A DNA stretch of 64,000 bases. Origin: Podarcis filfolensis (Eukaryota). Below are positions 61,001 through 64,000 of this stretch, in pieces. The notes below the pieces were generated by a model. The model was not told the DNA's origin, did no database searches, and saw only the letters and a list, made by a program, of their open reading frames with translations. The position numbers and the translations under genes are program-made. Location: assembly GCA_964270895.1 (NCBI GenBank), contig OZ185435.1, one strand, 5' to 3'. Numbering within the stretch: the first letter of the stretch is position 1; every line of letters begins with the position of its first letter.

Positions 61001-64000
61001 TGCCAAATTCACAAAGGACATTTCAGAGGAGACTTTGCTGTAACAGAATTATACAATAATTTATTGTGGCAATTTAAAGACTAACAGAAATTTTATGCCA
61101 CAAAAAATCTGTTAGTCTTTAAGGTACCATAAGACTTTTTAGGGGGTATTGAGGGAGCTGGTCAAGTTGCCCACATATGTCTACAGAACTGCAATAATTA
61201 AAGGTATTTGGAATAATGTAACATAATAAATACAAGCTATCCATAATATATTCAATAAATTTCTGGTCATAAGATACCCATAATATATTCAATAAATTTC
61301 TGGTCATAAGATATTCAAAAACTGTTTGACCTGTTTAGGATTGCATCAGATGGATGAGCAGCACTTGAAGATCTAGGCATGTATGATGGGCACGCTAGTA
61401 CTTAAAGAAAGTCTCAAAAAGTGATATACCAATGCAAGATCATAGAAAAAGCTAAAGAGAACTGTCAGTTGATGACCCAAACCCAGGGTGGGGAATCTTT
61501 TCAGCCTAAGAGTAGGCAAGTCTAGAGGCAAAAATAGGCAAAACAAAAAATATGACTCTTACCTTTGTACAATACAGTGGTACCTTGGTTCTCAAACCTA
61601 ATCCATTCCAGAAGTCTGTTCAACTCCTGAAACAGTTCAAAAACTAAGGTGCGGCTTCCGATTGGCTGCAGGAGCTTCCTGCACTCAAGCTGCATAGGAC
61701 ATTCAGCTTCCACAAAAGGTTCGCTAACCGGAACACTTACTTCTGGGTTTGTGGGGTTTGGGAGCTGATTTGTTTGACAACTAAACCATTCGAGAACCAA
61801 GGTACCACTGTATGCTGCATTCCACCTGTAGAAAAGTTTCTACACCCCCTCCCCATCTCTCTCCAGCCAAGCAAGCAAGACAAATAATCAAAGTCCAAGG
61901 ACACAGTTCAAACAAAAGCACTTGAGGAGGAAGCAGTGAAGAACCAGTGAGGAGTGGGGCTGAGGAAGAATGCCAGGGCCAGTTAGAGTCCTGGAGGGCT
62001 GTATGTGGCCCCAGGTTTGAGGTTCCACACCCATTATAACCATAATATTAAAAGGTTTTTCCCTCTTTTAGTTCCAGATAGTTCCTCTTACTCACACCCT
62101 GACGGCTTTCTGGAGATTCCCACTCTCAAAGCGTGATTCAAACAACAGCGTGGTGTCTTCTGGATCTCTTAAGCTGACTGCAGCTGATTTGATGGGCTCT
62201 TTCGACCCTCCAACTCGGGAACCAGTGAAACAGGTACCCTTGGTTGCTGCAGAAGAGGAAGCATAGCTATCACTGACTTAGCATTGCAGTTTTGTCTCAA
62301 TTAGCAGGTATGTGTGCCAATTATGCAAAACCAATTACTCAGTCCTGAGCAACCATGAACAAATAGCACTGAAAACTGGCTGCAAATAAAAAGATGACTT
62401 CAATTTGGCTTCCATTACTATTTTCTAAGAACAGGGCAAAGAACTAAAGATGCTGTAGCTTCACAGGTGCTTTCCCCCATAATGGCTACCAATGGAGCTG
62501 TTAGAAACTTTACAAATTGTTCACTATTTATAATAATTTCAGGCTGTTTAAAAGATCAGACTTCCGAGTTTACATTTTTAATGCCTGCATTCTTGTTTAC
62601 TGGAACGGACACTATATGCAATGTACTATATCTTTTATTACAGTTTATTGTCAGTGTATATATGCAAATACCTGGATCTATGACATAGACAACAGTTCCA
62701 CGATCCTCTCCCATTACATCTGGAGCCATTTCATTTTCTGTTGGCTGATAGAAAGGTTCAGGTTCAGGGGGAACCCACTCTAACAAAATACACAATGACA
62801 TTTATTTCCATTGTGGCCTTATTTGTACTTTTAGAAGAAAAAAAATAAGACATTAAATAAGAATTGAAGTATTTCCCCTCAATCTCTAGTTGTATGACAA
62901 GGAAAACAAATAAGTAGGAAGAATGGAATGCAAATAAAATTACTTAATTACTTAAACTGAAAACTATATGTGCTGTAACATGAATTAGAGTAGTGATAGG
63001 AAAACTTTGGCCTACAAGCCAAATTAGGTCCAGCACTGGTCCTAATTTGGTCTTTGTGGTCTGTCACCTGATGCCATGGTAAATCATGGGATTAACAGAT
63101 GGGTGGCCCTGCCCACCTATTAAAGTAGCCATGGGAGATGTCAGGATTTGGCCCACCGGCTGGATCAAGTTCTCCAGCCCTGGGACTCTGGAGAAAGGAA
63201 AGCACACAACATAAAAGCCAAATCAATGAAGGTTCTAAGAGATCGGACTCTTGGGGCTTATTTTATAAACATTTTCATTAGAGACCATAGTAATGATTTG
63301 CTGATAATGCCAAGTTATGAGTCACAGCTAACACATAGATTTCCCCCCACAATATTAATTTTATGACCTCATTAACTCATCTTATTAAATAAAAAGTGAG
63401 TGACAGTCAATATTAAACTTACACTCCGCCATCTGGTGACAAACACTGAAATGGCAGTGTATTTGGCTTCACAAATATACTGATACCACTATTCACACAT
63501 TATATTTTACATATTTTCCTAACATAAGTATTGATTTCTTTGCTATAACAAGGGAATGTGAGAAATGGTCTTAATTAAATCCTGCCACCATAATGGTTAT
63601 TTAATCCACAATACATTTATAACAACAAATTTGGGAATCTCATCTCCATAGAGCCAACTGAAATAATGGTTTATTTGTTTTAGTCTGGAAGAACTATGAA
63701 AAGTGATTGAGTATTATTCACATTTTTTATAACTGCCCAGGAGAATCTCAAACTTACATTGTTCATTTTGGAGTGGGTTATCTGGATTTGTGCAAATGAA
63801 AAAGTATTCAGTCACAGTCCTTGTATAGCCATAAAGCTTTAAAGCAAAACATTATCAACCATGTAAAACATTGATTTCAATCCAAGAAATTACCAATGTG
63901 GTGGATATAATCCTTGATCACTTCACATTCTACTGGCCAGAGTGGAGCCAACAGTGAATCATTGGAAACAGAAAAAAGATTCCGAGGTTCTCTCAAGCGC
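37043..64000 (-). CDS. AGBL2: Cytosolic carboxypeptidase 2 (AGBL2/CCP2, M14D tubulin deglutamylase), 3' portion; 5' exons lie beyond the window
   Basis: Exons in transcript order: 63894->64000 (RLREPRNLF...[15 protein letters not shown]), 62672-62779 ([13 protein letters not shown]), 62096-62246 ([18 protein letters not shown]), 58567-59346 ([24 protein letters not shown]), 57077-57236 ([10 protein letters not shown]), 56117-56243 (SYTMESTF), 55505-55605, 54902-55032, 53963-54029, 51320-51439 (poly-Lys), 44776-44874 (tentative), 42024-42090, 39815-40006, 39449-39500, 37043-37376 (stop). All phases chain. Zn ligands and the catalytic Glu motif are intact. Adjacency to MTCH2 in the same orientation matches mammals. 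The last five exons are less certain. Confidence 0.94.
37629..38395. mobile_element. Tc1/mariner (Tigger-like) non-autonomous element with an internal 108-bp GC-rich tandem array
   Basis: TIRs ccgtatttttcgccc(t/c)atag / ctatggggcgaaaaatacgg with TA TSD. The internal unit recurs at 37921, 38029, 38137 and 38245 (period 108). Confidence 0.85.
40780..41160 (+). mobile_element. L2 LINE 3' end
   Basis: Frame [19 protein letters not shown]...[14 protein letters not shown]...[10 protein letters not shown] is followed by a 3' UTR and a (tatt)-like tail. Confidence 0.8.
42960..44372. mobile_element. 1.4-kb non-autonomous hAT DNA transposon
   Basis: TIRs cagtggttttcaacc / ggttgaaaaccaaag (2 mismatches). 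Perfect 8-bp TSD ccctatat at 42952-42959 and 44373-44380. No recognisable transposase. Confidence 0.8.
49304..49653 (+). mobile_element. Sauria SINE (diverged)
   Basis: gataaaaggacccctggacggttaagtccag...ccaggtcatgtggccagcatgact...tatttatctacttgcactggcatgctttc aligns with the copy at 22741. Confidence 0.85.
51490..52048. mobile_element. Tc1/mariner (Tigger-like) non-autonomous element with an internal 99-bp palindromic tandem array
   Basis: The first ~110 bp are nearly identical to the element at 37629, with TA TSD. The internal unit ggcttcgcggacctctc... recurs at 51635, 51734 and 51833 (period 99). Confidence 0.85.
52424..52560. mobile_element. DNA-transposon MITE (hAT-like)
   Basis: cataccctccaacattt... 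with repeated aaatagggac units, ending ...acttggcgagtctg. Confidence 0.45.
52618..52776. mobile_element. MITE with imperfect TIRs (PIF/Harbinger-like)
   Basis: Termini gcctgggttcagacagcatgctaaacca / tggtttagtgtgacatgcaaaccaggc. A related element spans ~22716-23338. Confidence 0.45.
54082..54239. mobile_element. hAT-like MITE with 8-bp TSD
   Basis: TIRs cagtagcgtagcgtggg / cccacgctacgccactg. TSD taagaaca at 54074-54081 and 54240-54247. Contains an internal ~22-bp tandem unit. Confidence 0.8.
54421..54590 (+). mobile_element. CR1 LINE reverse-transcriptase fragment
   Basis: Degenerate translation [16 protein letters not shown]...[15 protein letters not shown]...[10 protein letters not shown] matches the CR1 RT motif VDxVYLDFxKAFD. 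Confidence 0.8.
60713..60895. mobile_element. hAT (Charlie-like) MITE
   Basis: TIRs cagagcttcccaagct / agtttgaaaatctctg. TSD ctctaggg/ttctaggg. Confidence 0.7.
61241..61313. repeat. Perfect local tandem duplication (36-bp copies, period 37)
   Basis: ccataatatattcaataaatttctggtcataagata occurs at 61241-61276 and 61278-61313. Confidence 0.9.
61575..61810. mobile_element. Tc1/mariner (Tigger-like) MITE
   Basis: TIRs cagtggtaccttggttctc / gagaaccaaggtaccactg flanked by TA. Confidence 0.85.

Noticed and set aside
1-64000. CRISPR arrays, rRNA, snoRNA or miRNA genes
   Set aside because: None recognised. The long hairpins seen are explained by MITE TIRs or Penelope termini.

Overview
Vertebrate genomic DNA from a squamate reptile. 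Sauria SINEs suggest a lizard, probably a lacertid; the family assignment is inference. Five protein-coding genes were reconstructed by hand from GT-AG sites with consistent codon phase: AIP (minus, 6 exons, 330 aa, complete); a GLYATL3-like glycine N-acyltransferase (plus, 5 coding exons, 284 aa, complete); MTCH2 (minus, 13 exons, 301 aa, complete); the 3' part of AGBL2/CCP2 (minus, 15 exons, runs off the right edge); and an intronless, catalytically intact group X-like secreted phospholipase A2. The phospholipase (32914-33462, plus, 182 aa) is the most notable element: it is nested antisense inside MTCH2 intron 1, has its own TATA-like box and AATAAA, and looks like a domesticated retrogene. 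The rest is intron/UTR/intergenic DNA with Sauria SINEs, a tRNA-Lys/CR1-tail SINE, hAT and Tc1/mariner-Tigger MITEs, L2/CR1 fragments and Penelope-like termini carrying degenerate hammerhead motifs. Family assignments come from remembered sequence motifs; no database search was run.
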